A DNA stretch of 64,000 nucleotides, taken from positions 30,511,112 to 30,575,111 of the forward strand of contig OZ316891.1 of NCBI GenBank assembly GCA_973895155.1, read 5' to 3'. Source of the DNA: Marsupella aquatica (taxonomy: Eukaryota > Plantae > Marchantiophyta). Both the position numbers and the translations under genes were made by a program. Positions 47,640-61,204 of this stretch are shown here, piece after piece; positions within the stretch are counted from its first letter, which is position 1; the number at the start of each line of letters is the position of its first letter. Below the pieces are notes generated by a model. It searched no databases. It was not told the origin of the DNA and saw only the letters and a list, made by a program, of their open reading frames with translations.

Positions 47640-47955
47640 ATATCCATGTCCCACTTGCAGCTTGCACCTCTTTACAGTACATCCATGTCCCACTTGCAGA
47701 CTTAGTTATATCTACATCTCACTTGCTGAATGAGTTACTACACTAGATGTGAACCATTACCTCATCACATTATTGCACTAGATGTGGACCATTAGCTATC
47801 ACTCTATGTCCCACTTGCACACTTAGTTACATGCATGTCCCACTTGCACACTAAGTTACATGTGTCCTCCGCACATGCACACTAAGTTACATGCATGTCT
47901 CAATTGCACACTAGTTAGGACACAAGATGTGGACCATTAGCTCATCACTCTATGG
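47640..47955. repeat. Minisatellite (atgtcccacttgcaca.tagttac variants)
   Basis: At least six degenerate ~25-40 bp copies, plus a repeated agatgtgraccattagct.atcact. Confidence 0.75.
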
Positions 47956-50900
47956 CAATGGTATATCATTTTCCTCTTTTTAGGTTTTTGGAGTTTGTAT
48001 TTTGCCCTCTTCTTTTGAATTTGGTGTTTGTCCTCTCTGGACCTTGTTTGCCCTAGTTACCCGAGTCTTTGTTTAATTGGTCCTTTGTACTGGTACTAAA
48101 TTAGTCCTATGTAGTCAAACGTGGGTAGGTGACAAAGGGCCACAAGACCCTTTTTATTTTTTCATTTTTCTAGGGTTTTGCGAGGGGTTTTGGGGATTAC
48201 TTTTGCACACTTCTTTTGAGTTTGCTTCATTGCGCTTTGTTTGGCCCTTTTTTGTAAATAAACTTAGAATATCAGTGTATACTGAAATAAAAACTAAAGA
48301 GGCCAGACAAGTGACTAAATCAAGACGAGAGTGAAGAACCAATTGTATATGATGAAGGAAACAACTGCACTCACTGTTCACCTCTATTAGTGCTATGAAA
48401 GAATTAGTGAATGTGATCTCAAGCCAAAAGTAACACTAATTCACATCAGTTTTACAAAATCATGTTTTTTTGGCTTTTGTTTAACCTTTGAGTAACAAAT
48501 GTGGATATAACAACTACAGAACTGTTCAGTGCATCACCATTTTGGAAGTATTTTCTTGTTTGCCATTGTGGCAATTGTTACACTGATACGCGGAGGGGAT
48601 GCTAGGAATATTCTTTGTCTAGTTGTTGTAGATTAATCCCTAATTGTCAGATCTGCATTGATGTAAGTAACTATGACTATTAGATTCTGGCTTATGGGGA
48701 CTGTGGCCACTTCCACCAGGCCACAGACCCACTACAGATTTTGTCCTGGATCTGAAGTAGCTGGATTTTCTGTCTGGCTAATTGATCCAGATAATTTGTG
48801 CCCAAAGTGGAGAACATTTTTGAGAGAGGTGGAATCTAGTGAGTTTTTGTCACTAGCTTCGAATTTGTGTAGGGCTCGCCAGGAGCATTGATTAGGGAAA
48901 GGAAGGGATTTCTAGAGTGAATGCATGCAACTGAACTGAGCTCTGCCCAAAAAGTACAGCATTAAATTAACCCAAATAGCTTTAAGAAACAAGAAGCCAA
49001 GAGTAGACACACAAATTTCTTTACCAAAACTAGCAGGGTTCACTTTGGAGCTCTATAAGACTTTTCAGTTTGTAGCTCAGCAGAGCTTTAGCTCATTGTT
49101 TGGGGATTCTTGGGCTGTTTTGGCTCCTGGGCCTCTTGTTCTATGACAGTGTTATATATATATGGTGAGAAACACTGAAGTTGGTGTCAGTGCAAAAGGA
49201 ACTTACCATTAGGCTGATCCTAACTTGCTTTGATGTAACCTAACCCGGATTAAATTAGGTTAGGTGGGCAATTAGAGGTTAATCAGCTTTGTACATTTAT
49301 TGCCGGATTAGTGACACATGCATGATGTACTACTCAATCAACAAACTAATATGGTGCCTGAGATATGGATGGCAAAATGAATTCTATGAAACCAATCAAA
49401 TCCGATTTGGGTCTGTGCTGGTTGTTAGGTGTCTACTTGAGCTGTCAAGATAGGTGTGGGTCTGCGCAATTGATTTTGGCTGTGGAATATGATAGCATTG
49501 GTTTGGGTAAGTGCTAGGCTCAAGGTGCTAGGTGCCTACTTGAGTTGTCAAGGTACTTGTGGGTCTCCCTCAATTTCTTTTGGCTGTGGAATATTATAAC
49601 ATTTGAATACATTAGCATTAATTAAAAATATCAATTTCATTAATATGAATCTGCATTAATTAACATGAATTACAAAATAACTACATAATTATATCAAACA
49701 ACATGATGTCCAAACACATTGGATCAGTCTGAAAATGAATTGTGGGACTCCTAATCAATTTGGTATCACAAAAAAAAGAATCACTAGAATGTGTTTGGCC
49801 CGCGTTGAGACCTTTGTTATCTACACAGATTGTTAGTTAACTTCTTAGCATACCTCCATTGCCTACACTGCTCATACACATTACTTACAATGTCTATATA
49901 TATTTTTCAATCAATGACCAATGTAGATTATAGAAGTATCAAATACTTGGATACTGATCACATATATCCTCCATAATATCTAAAAATTGTTTGGAATGCA
50001 GTGAGTCTCATAGACCATCACTATATGTAAACTAATGAAAACTACCTACAAGAAACCTAATTCCTATTTACCCATTGTTATTTCACTTTTCCCAAAAAAA
50101 AAATCCTTAAACCAATTTTAAGTTTCTTGATCGATTAATTTTTCTGTTTAGTGAGTATTGTTCACTCACATTGACCAGGGCACTGGTTTCTGCTTTGACC
50201 ACAACCAACAAAACTTATGCAAAGATGTCAGACAATACAACCCCATATACCACTATTCACATGTTTTGAAGAGCGAGTAATTATAAAATTGCATTGTATC
50301 CAAAATAAATCCACCAAAATTTGCTACAGTAGTATGATAATATTTTCTTCTCCATGATTTAACAATTAATTTAACCCCCAAAAATATCTTCTTAAACAAA
50401 ATAAATTATCACTTTTGCTCAGTTCATGAAGAAAATATCTTTCCAAAACATATTTTCCCACTGTCAAGTAGGAAGTTTGAATATCAAGGAATTAAGTTCA
50501 ATGGTCACCGACAACATTATCTTGGATTTATCTCACAATTTCCAACATTTATGACTCATCTCAAGTATAAATCTATTTCATCAAGGAATGATGTACTTCC
50601 CTCAATGTGAAATGGGGACAAAAAATTATTAAACTATATTTTCATTATAATCTTGGGGAGGTCACTATATGGAGGGCCATACATCACGTACAAAGTTTTA
50701 GTGTTTGACCCCCTAAGTTATAAGTGAATTTATTCATTTTTGCAAAACCTATTCTTTCTTTAAATTTTGCCATTTTTTAACTAAAAAACCCTAAAAACTT
50801 TAAAGGAATACTTTTTATAATTAAACAAGCCTATTTGTCCTTTAAAGCCAACCAGTCAATAAAACATGCCCTATGTGTTCTTCCACAAAATTTTAGAAGT

Positions 50901-52499
50901 CTTTTGCCACACTCATTTAAATGAGCCTATACTTTGTCACACGTGATGTGCCACTTCTGTGGAAGTGATCCCCCCGAATTTATAATTTTTCTAGATTTAT
51001 AAGACTTATGGGGGTCACAATATTGTCATAGATGCACCTATCCACCTGCAAAAGGGTACTCATAAGCATTAGTTATGATGCAATAATTGAAAACAATAAA
51101 TTATCAACCTAGCCCTAAACTCTAAATTGCAAAGGTTTTTGCAAAATATGAGTCAACAAAATATAAATATGTGCACAGTTACATGAGCAGTTGAAAGTAA
51201 TTAAATAGAAGCTGACTTGTTAATCTTTAAATGCCCAACAGACTAATTGGATGGAAATAATTCTCAATGGTTAAAAAAATTAAATTTAGAATGTAGATAA
51301 ATGTAAATATACATTGATTTGATTTGTTGAATGATTGCCAGATTTTACAATTATACATAAAAAAATACAAATTAGTAAAAATGCACTTTTTTAGCATTGA
51401 TGTCTTCTAAGTAACCCTAACATTGAGGGTGTAGTTTAAGTTTGCTTTTTTTAACCTTTGATAACAATTTTTGTTCATTCCACTAGTTTAGTTTGGTATA
51501 AGCTAAAAGAGCAAATTGCTGGGCCCATGAAAAATCACCTATAAAACCCCAACTTTCAATAGGTAGGTCTTGGAAATTTATCAAATTTGGGGGCTTTTGA
51601 AATCTCCCCTGTAAATCCGAGGGGAAAAATCTTGGCAATTGATCAATATTTGCTCATTTTTCTGGAGAAAAGTTAGCTTTAAATACTAAATTGTAAAATT
51701 ATATATATACAAAAATATGAGTCCAAAATAAAAATATGTGCACAATTACAGTGGCCAGCTGAAAGTGATCAAATAGAGGTTGTCTCATCAATCTTCAAAT
51801 GCCCAATAGACTAATTGAATAAAAAGCATTATCCATGATTAAATTGAACATTATGATTTCATTTGATTCATTGGATGATTGTCAACTGTAAAAATCATTA
51901 TTTTTTTAGCAATGAAAATAATGTTTTTTGCAGTAGGTGTCTCATGGGAGACCAACAAAACGGAGGATGAGTTGAGTGGTGTTGAGAAGAAAGTGAGAAA
52001 TCTGAAGAAACACGGCATAATCAACATCCAATCATGCTGCAGCGAAGCCAGATACATTTGGCTCCATGCCAGATACATTTGGCTCCATGCCAGAAGCCAA
52101 AACGCCAAAGTCACTTTTAAAGAAACAAACTTAAATACGAAGTGATGAAATGTGTTAGGTAGATTTGCATGGAAAAAATCACTAGTCAACATGCCTTTCG
52201 TACTTTTTACATGTCCAAATAAGACTATTATTTCAAAGTTGGATATATATGAGACCAGGAAAGTTAGCATGTCACAAAGCAACTGCTTCCCTAAAGTCAT
52301 AGAGCCTCAATCTTGCCTTTTGTTCTTAATAAACTTTGTGTATAGAGGTCATGTTAATATGGCATCCACAAGGTGACAAAGAGGCTAACATATCTTTATT
52401 CTGCCAAGTATTAGAATCAATGTTCATGCCATTAGTAGAGGCAGATGGGTATTTTGATATCTTAGATTTTTATTTTGAAGCCTGTTTCAAAGCAAATAA

Positions 52500-53075
52500 A
52501 ACTGTGCATCCTAATTTTACAAAGCAAAATTGAATTGCTTGACATTTGGGAGGAAGCTGATTTAAATTGGACGGCTGCAGATAGTGAGTTAGTTATCAAA
52601 AAGCTTTCATCTGGTAAATTATTCCAAAATAGATGTTTTAACTATGATTATATAAATATCTTGCTCTTAAAAAACATTAATTGAACTAGACTTTTTGTGA
52701 GATATATACTGGGGGGTTTGACTATCTAAAATTATAAGAATCACGTGCAATCCAAAAGTATTTTTGATAGAAATGAACTAAATTTTTAAAAGTGTAGAAG
52801 GCAAAAGAAGGTATTATAAACTCATGTTTATGAAATACTCTCTAATATACACCTTTTATAAAGTAAAATAAGTTATTAATATTGAACATGGAAAATATTT
52901 TTAAGATATTTTCTTTATAAAATATGTCTATTTATATTAGGCTAGGATTGCACGTGATACCCAGAAATATAGACTTAGTTAACCCCCCAAGTATATATAT
53001 AAAATCAACCCATAATTTCTAGGAGAGTCATCACAACCCTTGCAAATTCAATTTTATTCTGTATAAAATTAGATA
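52500..53075. repeat. Degenerate AT-rich fold-back
   Basis: atatatactggggggtt...atcacgtgcaatcc (~52702-52753) is inverted relative to ggattgcacgtgat...aaccccccaagtatatat (~52945-52998). Outer ctaattttac..aaaattgaatt pairs with aattcaatttta..aaaattag. Confidence 0.55.
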
Positions 53076-54739
53076 ACCTAAGAAGTTTTTATTTATAGTC
53101 ATATTAGTGAAAGCAAAAATTTAAATTTCATCTTTTATGAAAATTATCCAATTAATAAGGCAAACTTTAAGGCATTATAAGGATTAAAGAAGAAATATTA
53201 TCCTAAAATTATCCAATCATCCTTGTGAGATTATCCAATAATCTCCTAAAAATAAGAAATGGAAAATAATTGAGGGCTTTAAGGCCTAGTTTCATGAGTG
53301 ATTTTAGTTTTAGTTTTCAAAAAACTGTCGCAAAATGGAAGTGATCACAGGCAAAAGACCTTTTGCTCTACTATGTACTAAACACATTAGCATTTTTGTC
53401 AATATTTACACTCATTTTGTGTTACAAATTTTTGGCCAATAAACAATGTTACAATTGGTCATGTAGAGCACATGATGCAGATAAAACTTAGAGCCCTAGA
53501 TAAGACTTAGAGCCCCAGATAAGACTAAGCTAGCGCCCTTCCATTAGCCCTCAAGTGTGGCTGATGGCAAAACCCCTCAAACTTCCACGCATTTGGGAGC
53601 CAATGAGAAGTTAGAAATCTTTTAGGTTTATTCTCATATCAATGTATAGGGTCGAAAGCTAGTTTGGCTTTCCATTTTGCTTTCAGGGCCCTCAAGGTGA
53701 CCTGAGGACCGGTGCTTGTAGGTTTCAACCAACATGCAAACTTTTGATCTTTGGTCGCAACAAAAATTTGTAATGGTGTGCATGGACAGTGGAATAAATG
53801 TTGATCTCCTTTACCTCATGGCGGTAGCGCCAATTTGGTTCAATTTGTGCCCACTGCAAAAAAATCCATGATGGTCTTGAATGCAAACTCAATTCAATAT
53901 ATTGCTTGCATTCTTCAATTTGTGATCAAGCACCTTTGGCTGATGTTTGTTGCTAGACTGCTAGACACATTCAAGTTGATTTGCCTATTCTTACTATTAT
54001 CACGTGAGCAATGAATACCCATTCAATCAACCAATCATAACACGACTGACAATTTGGAAACGAGGAAGCACACAACGGAGTGAAACCTGTAAATGTCAAT
54101 GCCAACCTACTTCCAGAGCAATCCCCAATAGGTTGTAAAAATTACATGAGCTATGTCATCTCATTGGAGCATGAATCTTTTCTAATAGGAGTTTGAGGGA
54201 ATTAAAGGATCAAGACTAATGATAAAAATTGGAGAGAGATTCGATCCACACTTGCCAAAGATGGGGTATATGAGCTTCTATACAGACATAGAAACAATGA
54301 AAAAAACTGGTGACATTTCAAAAAGGTCTATCATTATCAAAATCACATGGGGAGTGGACAACAAAGGTACTGCGATATGGCAGTTGAAGAAAGAAACACC
54401 AGAAATTTCTTGTGAACTTTGTCCATGAGGTAATTGAGAGTATGGAACCTTGGATGGGTACTCAAAGAATTATTAACCCGTTGCCAAATCAGGCAGTGGA
54501 CACTAGACATGTGCAAGGCAAGGGTCAAATGGAGAGTGAATAGACCCCTCAAGGGCCCATCAGCAAATTTTCAGGCAAGTACGTGGAGGTTGCTTCTCCT
54601 CCTCCTGATTGAATGGAACCCTCTAGAAAAGATGGCATGCCGTCAAACAAGTATCACTTTTAGGCATCAGACAAGAAAAGTACATCTAATGGCCATCACC
54701 TTTTGGCTTGTCTAAGTGTGCACTTTTTGAAAGCCAAAA

Positions 54740-55930
54740 ATACACTTTATGCTGCCCAAATATTCAAAAACCGAACACTAATTCACTTTTAGTGAATAAA
54801 TTTGACTGCTTCCACCAGAGTGAGCTATTGTGCTCAAGACAATGATAAAACCAAATTTGTGCAGAATACAACAAGAGTAAATCATAGACCTGATCCTGTC
54901 CTTCCTTGGTTTCCAGAGAATTCAGCTGAGGATTCTCTGGTTTTTCAATTGCCCAAATGCTTTTTCCACGTACTACCATTCATGCCTGAGAATATTTATG
55001 TATAAAAGGAGGGACAATCAACCATGGATACAAGGGATATCTTGCATCCTCAATAATGCACTCCTTCAACACAGATGTGCTGTCTTGACAGAAATATTCC
55101 AAACCATGTAGTTTTGTACATCTATATTCGACATCTCTAAAGAAGGTAGAAACTCTAAGCAATCTGGTGTCTTGTATACTACCTGGCCAACCTGCTACAA
55201 CATCCAAGAACCTGAAGTTAAGATCCACAATGGCCTGCATAGAAACGTACATTTTTTTTCTTGAAATCATAGTAATCCTGGCTATGCTCTGATGCTGGTA
55301 GTTCAACTGGGAAAATAATGTTGAGGTTAAGTCTTAGTTTTGGATTACCTCTTAGTCTAATCAGCGTTAGGGACTTCATGACGATTAGGCTCGCCTGGAC
55401 ATACCTAGCATATAGAGGAGCTAAGGTGAGCTCCCTGGTGAGACTCATGCTCATTTGTTGGAGAGCAAGCTAGGAGCTGGTGTAATGTCTGCTTGCTGGT
55501 TTTTTGTGTTCCACGTTGTCGGTTTTCTCAACAGGAAATGTGTGTCATCTATTGCACCACAACAATCGGGGAAACCCCATTGTGCCAGGAACTCCAATTT
55601 CATTTTTTCAAGCTCTGCTGTACTTGGCCATGGGATGAGATGTCTCCTTAGCTTGATTATTACTTGAATGGACTTCCAGGTTACCTTGACTACAGTTGCA
55701 TGCAAAACTCTAAACAGCTCCCAGATCTCAAAGCCATTGATCTCCTGTGGAAAGACTTCTAACCGCAATGGCCACCTGCCTCTTGACAGGGCTTTCTATA
55801 TGGCACTGTACATAATTACATAATACTGCCCAAAAATTTGTGACCATGTACCTATGAACCATCTGACATGTTGCATAAAATGTCTCAGGGCTAACACAAA
55901 AGAATTCCTTTGAATCTATCAGGATCACCT
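54740..55930 (-). pseudogene. PIF/Harbinger (DDE_Tnp_4, HARBI1/ALP1-like) transposase relic
   Basis: Frameshifted pieces FCVSPETF, KRQVAIAVRSLSTG, WPSTAELEKMKLEF..GFPDCCGAIDDTHF, MQAIVD..FLDVVAGWPGSIQDTRLL, IIEDARYPLYPWLIVP, SCCILH. Confidence 0.85.
55319..55533. mobile_element. Solo LTR (215 bp) inserted in the Harbinger transposase
   Basis: Termini TGTTGAG...CTCAACA, flanked by GGAAA (55310-55314, with 4 extra nt, and 55534-55538). Removing it restores DDTHF-PVELP on the minus strand. Confidence 0.75.
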
Positions 55931-57736
55931 GAAGGAACAAAGTCAATAAACAGATAAAACCACTAGATGGTTCTAGGTTTGATGTACCAAGGGCACTCAA
56001 TCTCTCTTTTCCTCATGAAATAGCTTCTGAAAACTTGAATGAAGGCCCACACTTGCTTCCAAATCTCATCATCATTGCAAATCTATTCTTCTCGACTCGC
56101 AATTGTACACTCCAGATAAATTTGTGAGGCTCCCAAGATGAAGCCGAGGGAGAGAGCAAAATTCAGCAGAAGAAATTGAAACCTAATCCGCAGCAGAATC
56201 TCTGATGGGACAAAAGGGGAAAGAGCACCCGCGAGAGATGACAGAAGTGAACGCAGGCAGACTGATATTGTAGAAGAAAGGAAAGAATTTATAGAAAAAT
56301 AACGGATTGATGGTCAGGGTGGTCGTTGTTCCAATTTGCCGCACACTGTCGGTGCTGCTGCCTGGGACAGGTTCTCAAGGGGGCCCATGGAAGAGATGTG
56401 ATCGAGATCCTCAAACAGTATTTCAGGGCAGGGCCCGTTTGAGGCTGACGAACAGGGCTCTTAGCTCGATAGGGAGACCTTGATGACTTTGGAGTGGTTC
56501 TCCTGGAACTCTTGCCAGCAATGGAAGTGTCTCAAGCTCACAGCTAGCATAAACTCTTTTCTACCCAAAATGAAGGTCTACTGCTAGTAGTGTCAGCTAA
56601 ATTCTGAAGAGTCGAGAGGTTCAAACATTTGAGTCGCTTGATCTAACTCTTCAAAGTGAGGGTGCTAGTATTGTCAAGATTATTAGCTAGGGAGAGAATG
56701 ATGTTAACTTTGCACATGGGAGCCGCCTCAAAGTTGCCCCACTCATGAATGTTTTCCTTCAAATTTATGTTGCTCAATGTGCAGAACTCAGCCAAGGGAT
56801 TGTAACATCCTGGCTCGTATTGTTTCTCTTTGCATGGGCTTTGGAAGGAAGAATTCCCTCCACCTGCTCACATAATGTCTCCCCTCCACATTCATGGGTC
56901 AGCCCAACATCCCTCGCAAAATCTGACCAGATAAAAATTCTGCTCAGTAAAGTTCCTTAGCAAGGGCTTTGTGGGATATTAATATCCGAAGCCCAAGGCA
57001 CCCTCATAGAGCTAGAAAGGAAGTTGGATTGGCCATTTGTTGATTGTTGCACAGACTGCACGAAATGTGCAGTTATAACGATTCAAATAAACACAGTCAT
57101 AGCTCTTGCCAATAATGCTCAAGTTCCAGATCATTGACAGGCGAACAGACACAGCAAAGTAGCCTACAATATGACAGGCAATATAAATCTATCCACAGAT
57201 TGTTTTCAACACTCATTGGATACTCAGGTGCCTGTTACGAACTACTCAGTGAAATGGTCAAAACGAGTGCCATGCCTAACCCCATCATTCCTATGCTACA
57301 AACCGGTCGTCAATCCCCTGCTTTAAGTTTAAAATCCTCCTTCAGTGGAATTCTGAGATCCTGTTAGAAATCTAGCCACAAATTAAAAAGAGCTCGTCAG
57401 ACTAAACGTGCAGTAGATATGCTATGCATGACCCCTACGCACTATGTCAGAACAGACAGGTCGAGTAGAACTGTCCTTCAGAAAGTCTTGATGCTGTAAG
57501 GAACCGCAGAGATCGTTCTTAATACATCTTAATTGGACAAACGGCCTTGGATGATACCTATTATATATCTTCATAAATAGATATACAACCTCTGAATCCA
57601 ATAGACTGCACTTACCTTTTCTAATTCAAGTCCAACTGAGCAAAGTTGTGGAAACCGCTTATCTTTTCTATACAGAAGTGTCAATTCTTCAAAGCCCCGT
57701 AGCTGCCACACCAGTCAGCAAGTGCAGACTCTCAGA

Positions 57737-60700
57737 CTATTCCTCTGGTTCCTCCCCGTGTGGCCAAGCGTGTCTCTCCCAAACTGCATAGGACTGCCCA
57801 GAAGTGGACAGGCTCCAACCCCAGCCAGGGTCCCAATTTCCATCACCAAGCTTCATACTGACCCTTCCATCAATGCTTGCTGCATAAACATTAGAGTTGG
57901 CCTCCAGTATGCGGAGGGAAGACCGACTATGCAGACTGCTTCGCCTCCGGATGGTAATCTGTCCATAACAGCCATCTCGTTAATCCTGAGGGGACAACCA
58001 TTATCCGAAAGAATTATCTTCAAGACAGCTGCAACTTGTCTTTGACTTCCATAATTGAAGGTCGAAGTTCATACCAGATCCAAAATAGCATCCCTGATGT
58101 TCTCTCCCCAGTCAAAAAAATGATCATAGAAGACCGCAGGTTGCCCAGGGTGGGTCAATATGTACGCATAGCCCTGGGCATGTCCAAAGACAGGGGTCAG
58201 TGGATCCAGCAGTCTGACAACAGCTAGTGTACGTTGACTTTGGTAATATTTGATCAGTACCGGCTGGTGTCTTCATAGCACCGACTATTTCATAAATTCA
58301 AAATCTCTAGAGCTTATGTGTGGACTCCTACCTGCATGATATGTTCGCTTGGAAATGGCCAGTGACCCTGCAAGGTACGCACGTCTACATTATTGAAAAG
58401 AGTACATCAGCGCTTCAACGAGTTTGATCCATAGAACAGATCACAGATTGCATTGCAATGAGTGATAGCCGCTCCCATTTGTAAAAATTCATTTCGATTC
58501 GACTATCTAAGTTAATCTGGCCAGTCTGTTACTCAACTCTATGGAGTCTTCTCGCCATGGGACTCCAGACTACCCAATGATTCTTTTGTAGCGGATTAAA
58601 TCCGAAAACTCGATCTTGAAAATATACTCAACTGAAAAGAAAGTGGTGACCGAATCAAGTAAGAAGTATTCACACCAACCTGCGTAGAGCCCGTGTCATG
58701 GTTTTCAATAAACGTTACTGCCCTTGAAGACCACATGCCCAGGACTCCTGATGCCTTACCACTGGGATCCCTCAACCTCCACCACTCCTTTTTTGCAACT
58801 GCCTCCTGCATAGGTAAAATTAGCAAACGACCATAACTTGAAGTTCCTTGGACTTTGACCTTGTACCTCCTAACAACCACACTTGTCCCTACACCCTAAA
58901 CCCTAAACCTAGACCCTAAACCTTAACAACACATGAATTGCCGGAGTTTCCAAAGACTTGAGGTGTCGTACCAAAACCAGAGCAATTACCAAGTACAACT
59001 CGACAAAGAGATTGTGAATCTGTCTGCTTTCCATTTGCTCATGACGATAAATACAGGTGAGAAAAGGTGATAATACCTGAAGGATTGCTTTGGTAGTAAA
59101 GTCAAATCCACACGAAAGACCACCGGTGCCATCAACCCAATCAACAATTCGTTGTCTATGAGCATCTGCATGTTTTGATCACCCGCGAAAGAAGTGTAAT
59201 CAGAATAGAGATTGCTGTTATATGCATTGTGATACCTCGTAGTAATGGCACTCTTATCCAGTAGATTTACCTTGGTTATAGTCTAGCGAATAGAGGTCGT
59301 AGCTGCAAGAATCCCAAAGTTCTCCCACCGCAAACTCTGGATCTGATTCCTCTAGGTATTCTTTAACAAATTTTGCGCTATACCTGCAAGAATGACCAAC
59401 AACTCAGCTAGCAACGTCGACATATTAAATGACATCTGTCCGGGGGTTACTTTCTCTTGCAGTCAGTGTTGCAAGAAGAGCCCAGCCACAACTAAGTTCT
59501 CAAATCCTAACATGTACTGCCGCAAAGACCAATTGTCAATGACAATTCCCTAGATCTACATGGATACAATACTCTCTACCAAAAGCCAAACTAGACTCGT
59601 CCAAGACACTTCGGGCACAGAGAACAATAGTCTTTACCCCTTCGCAAAATCAAATCTAAAAGAGTTGAACCCGATATCATCCATTGTCCACTTAAGCCAC
59701 TCCTTAAGGTCCTCCCTCACAAACTCTTGAGTGTGATCAATGTTCGGTGCACCTTCAAAGATTGCTCCAGTGCTCGGATTGCCCTGTCAGTACAAAGCAG
59801 TAGACCAGCAAGACAGCTCAGTGTTTATGATCGCCACTTAGCGCTTCAGAGACCAGTAAGAGACAAGAACCTTCCACTCTTTGTGACAATAAGCTTCTGC
59901 ATTTCACAAAGAGAATAACAAGGTAAACAACGTAGTTTTCCACTCGAATGCATCAACCTCTTACCAATCCACCAGTGTCACAAGTAACAGCATGTTCATC
60001 CCAGGGCATGGGCATGCCATCATATCGATTGTAGATACCACCAATCCCCTGGGCGCTGCCAATTCGATGATTGATCACAATGTCTGCCATGGCTTTCATG
60101 TTGTGTTGTGTTATTGTGTGAATCAGGGTTCTGAGTTCACCCTCACTCCCGTACACAGTATTAAGCGAGTACAGGTCACGAGGAAGATAACCTACCAGCG
60201 ATAAAACAATTACGACCCGCGTCGGTTAGTGCGTAACACGAAGGTTGCAAGTTGGACAGCCTTCATGAATCCCCAAGCCTTCGACACATAAACAGTATAA
60301 ACGTATCAAAATAATCTTAGCACTTTCATAAGATATGAATGTAATTGCGTTGTATACCTTCAGGAGCAAGGGAGTCGCAGAAGGGTGGTAGCCATAGACA
60401 AGTGAATCCTGCAGCCGCAATCTGTGGTATCTTTGATTGCAGTGTATGCCACCAGTTGTACTTGTGCGACTCCCAATTAAAAGTCTGCGAACGATCTCAA
60501 TCACAATTTTTGGTCACTCAATATGCATCGCGTAGTTCGGTGTCTGTGTAAACAAAATGTTGCAGTTCTACTTTGAGTCTCATGGCAACAAGTTCTTGGA
60601 GGAGTAACAGCTGAGAAAGCCTTGTACCTGTAGTAGAATCTCCTTTCCGACCCGAATGACACTCTGTTCTGAAACAGCATATGTTGTCCCATTAACCCAA

Positions 60701-61204
60701 CAGCATAACGAAATGGTGCAATTAAATATTTATAGGCCAAGTGACATAAGATCCGGTCCTACACATCACATGGAAAAGGGCTGTTCTGGATAAAATTAAC
60801 CATGAAGAGGAGGATTTCCTTGCGACACACTGGGCTTCAAAGTTTCACCTGAACGTAATTTCAGGGGGTTGGTCAGAAGCCCTTCTCTACCCGCTTCCAG
60901 CTCCTCTGCAAGACAGCTATGGTCTGGCTCGGTCAGAAGCTCCCCTGTACCTTCTTCTTCTTCGTCTTCTTCTTCTTCTTCTTCCTCTGCTGGGTGTCCC
61001 TGCATGTCCTCCAGCGTCTGCGCGAAACAGACAATGTCAAGACAATGGAGGACCAAATGAAGGCAAAGTTACTGAAGCAACTATATTATGATTAGAAATG
61101 CTTATTTCAAGGTGACAGTATTCATAGATTTTTACATCACTGCAACGCAACATGAAGACTGGAAGGGAAATCTCGAGGACTACCTCATCCTCGTTTTCAT
61201 CCAT
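57737..61204 (-). CDS. AMY2: Alpha-amylase, AMY2-like (GH13); exons approx 61204-61184, 61017-60801, 60668-60628, 60484-60358, 60191-59965, 59783-59638, 59383-59271, 59165-59077, 58805-58680, 58367-58332, 58173-58075, 57958-57737
   Basis: GT-AG joined exons give [19 protein letters not shown]../[27 protein letters not shown]/..[15 protein letters not shown]../FDFTTK../[32 protein letters not shown]. Catalytic D, E, D are intact. The start codon is uncertain. Confidence 0.9.
58894..58925. repeat. Short interstitial telomere-like (CCCTAAA)n tract in an amylase intron
   Basis: ccctaaaccctaaacctagaccctaaacc. Confidence 0.6.

Noticed and set aside
51142-51817. ~108 bp diverged direct repeat (51142, 51710)
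   Set aside because: No TG..CA ends or TSD; ordinary TE-internal duplication.
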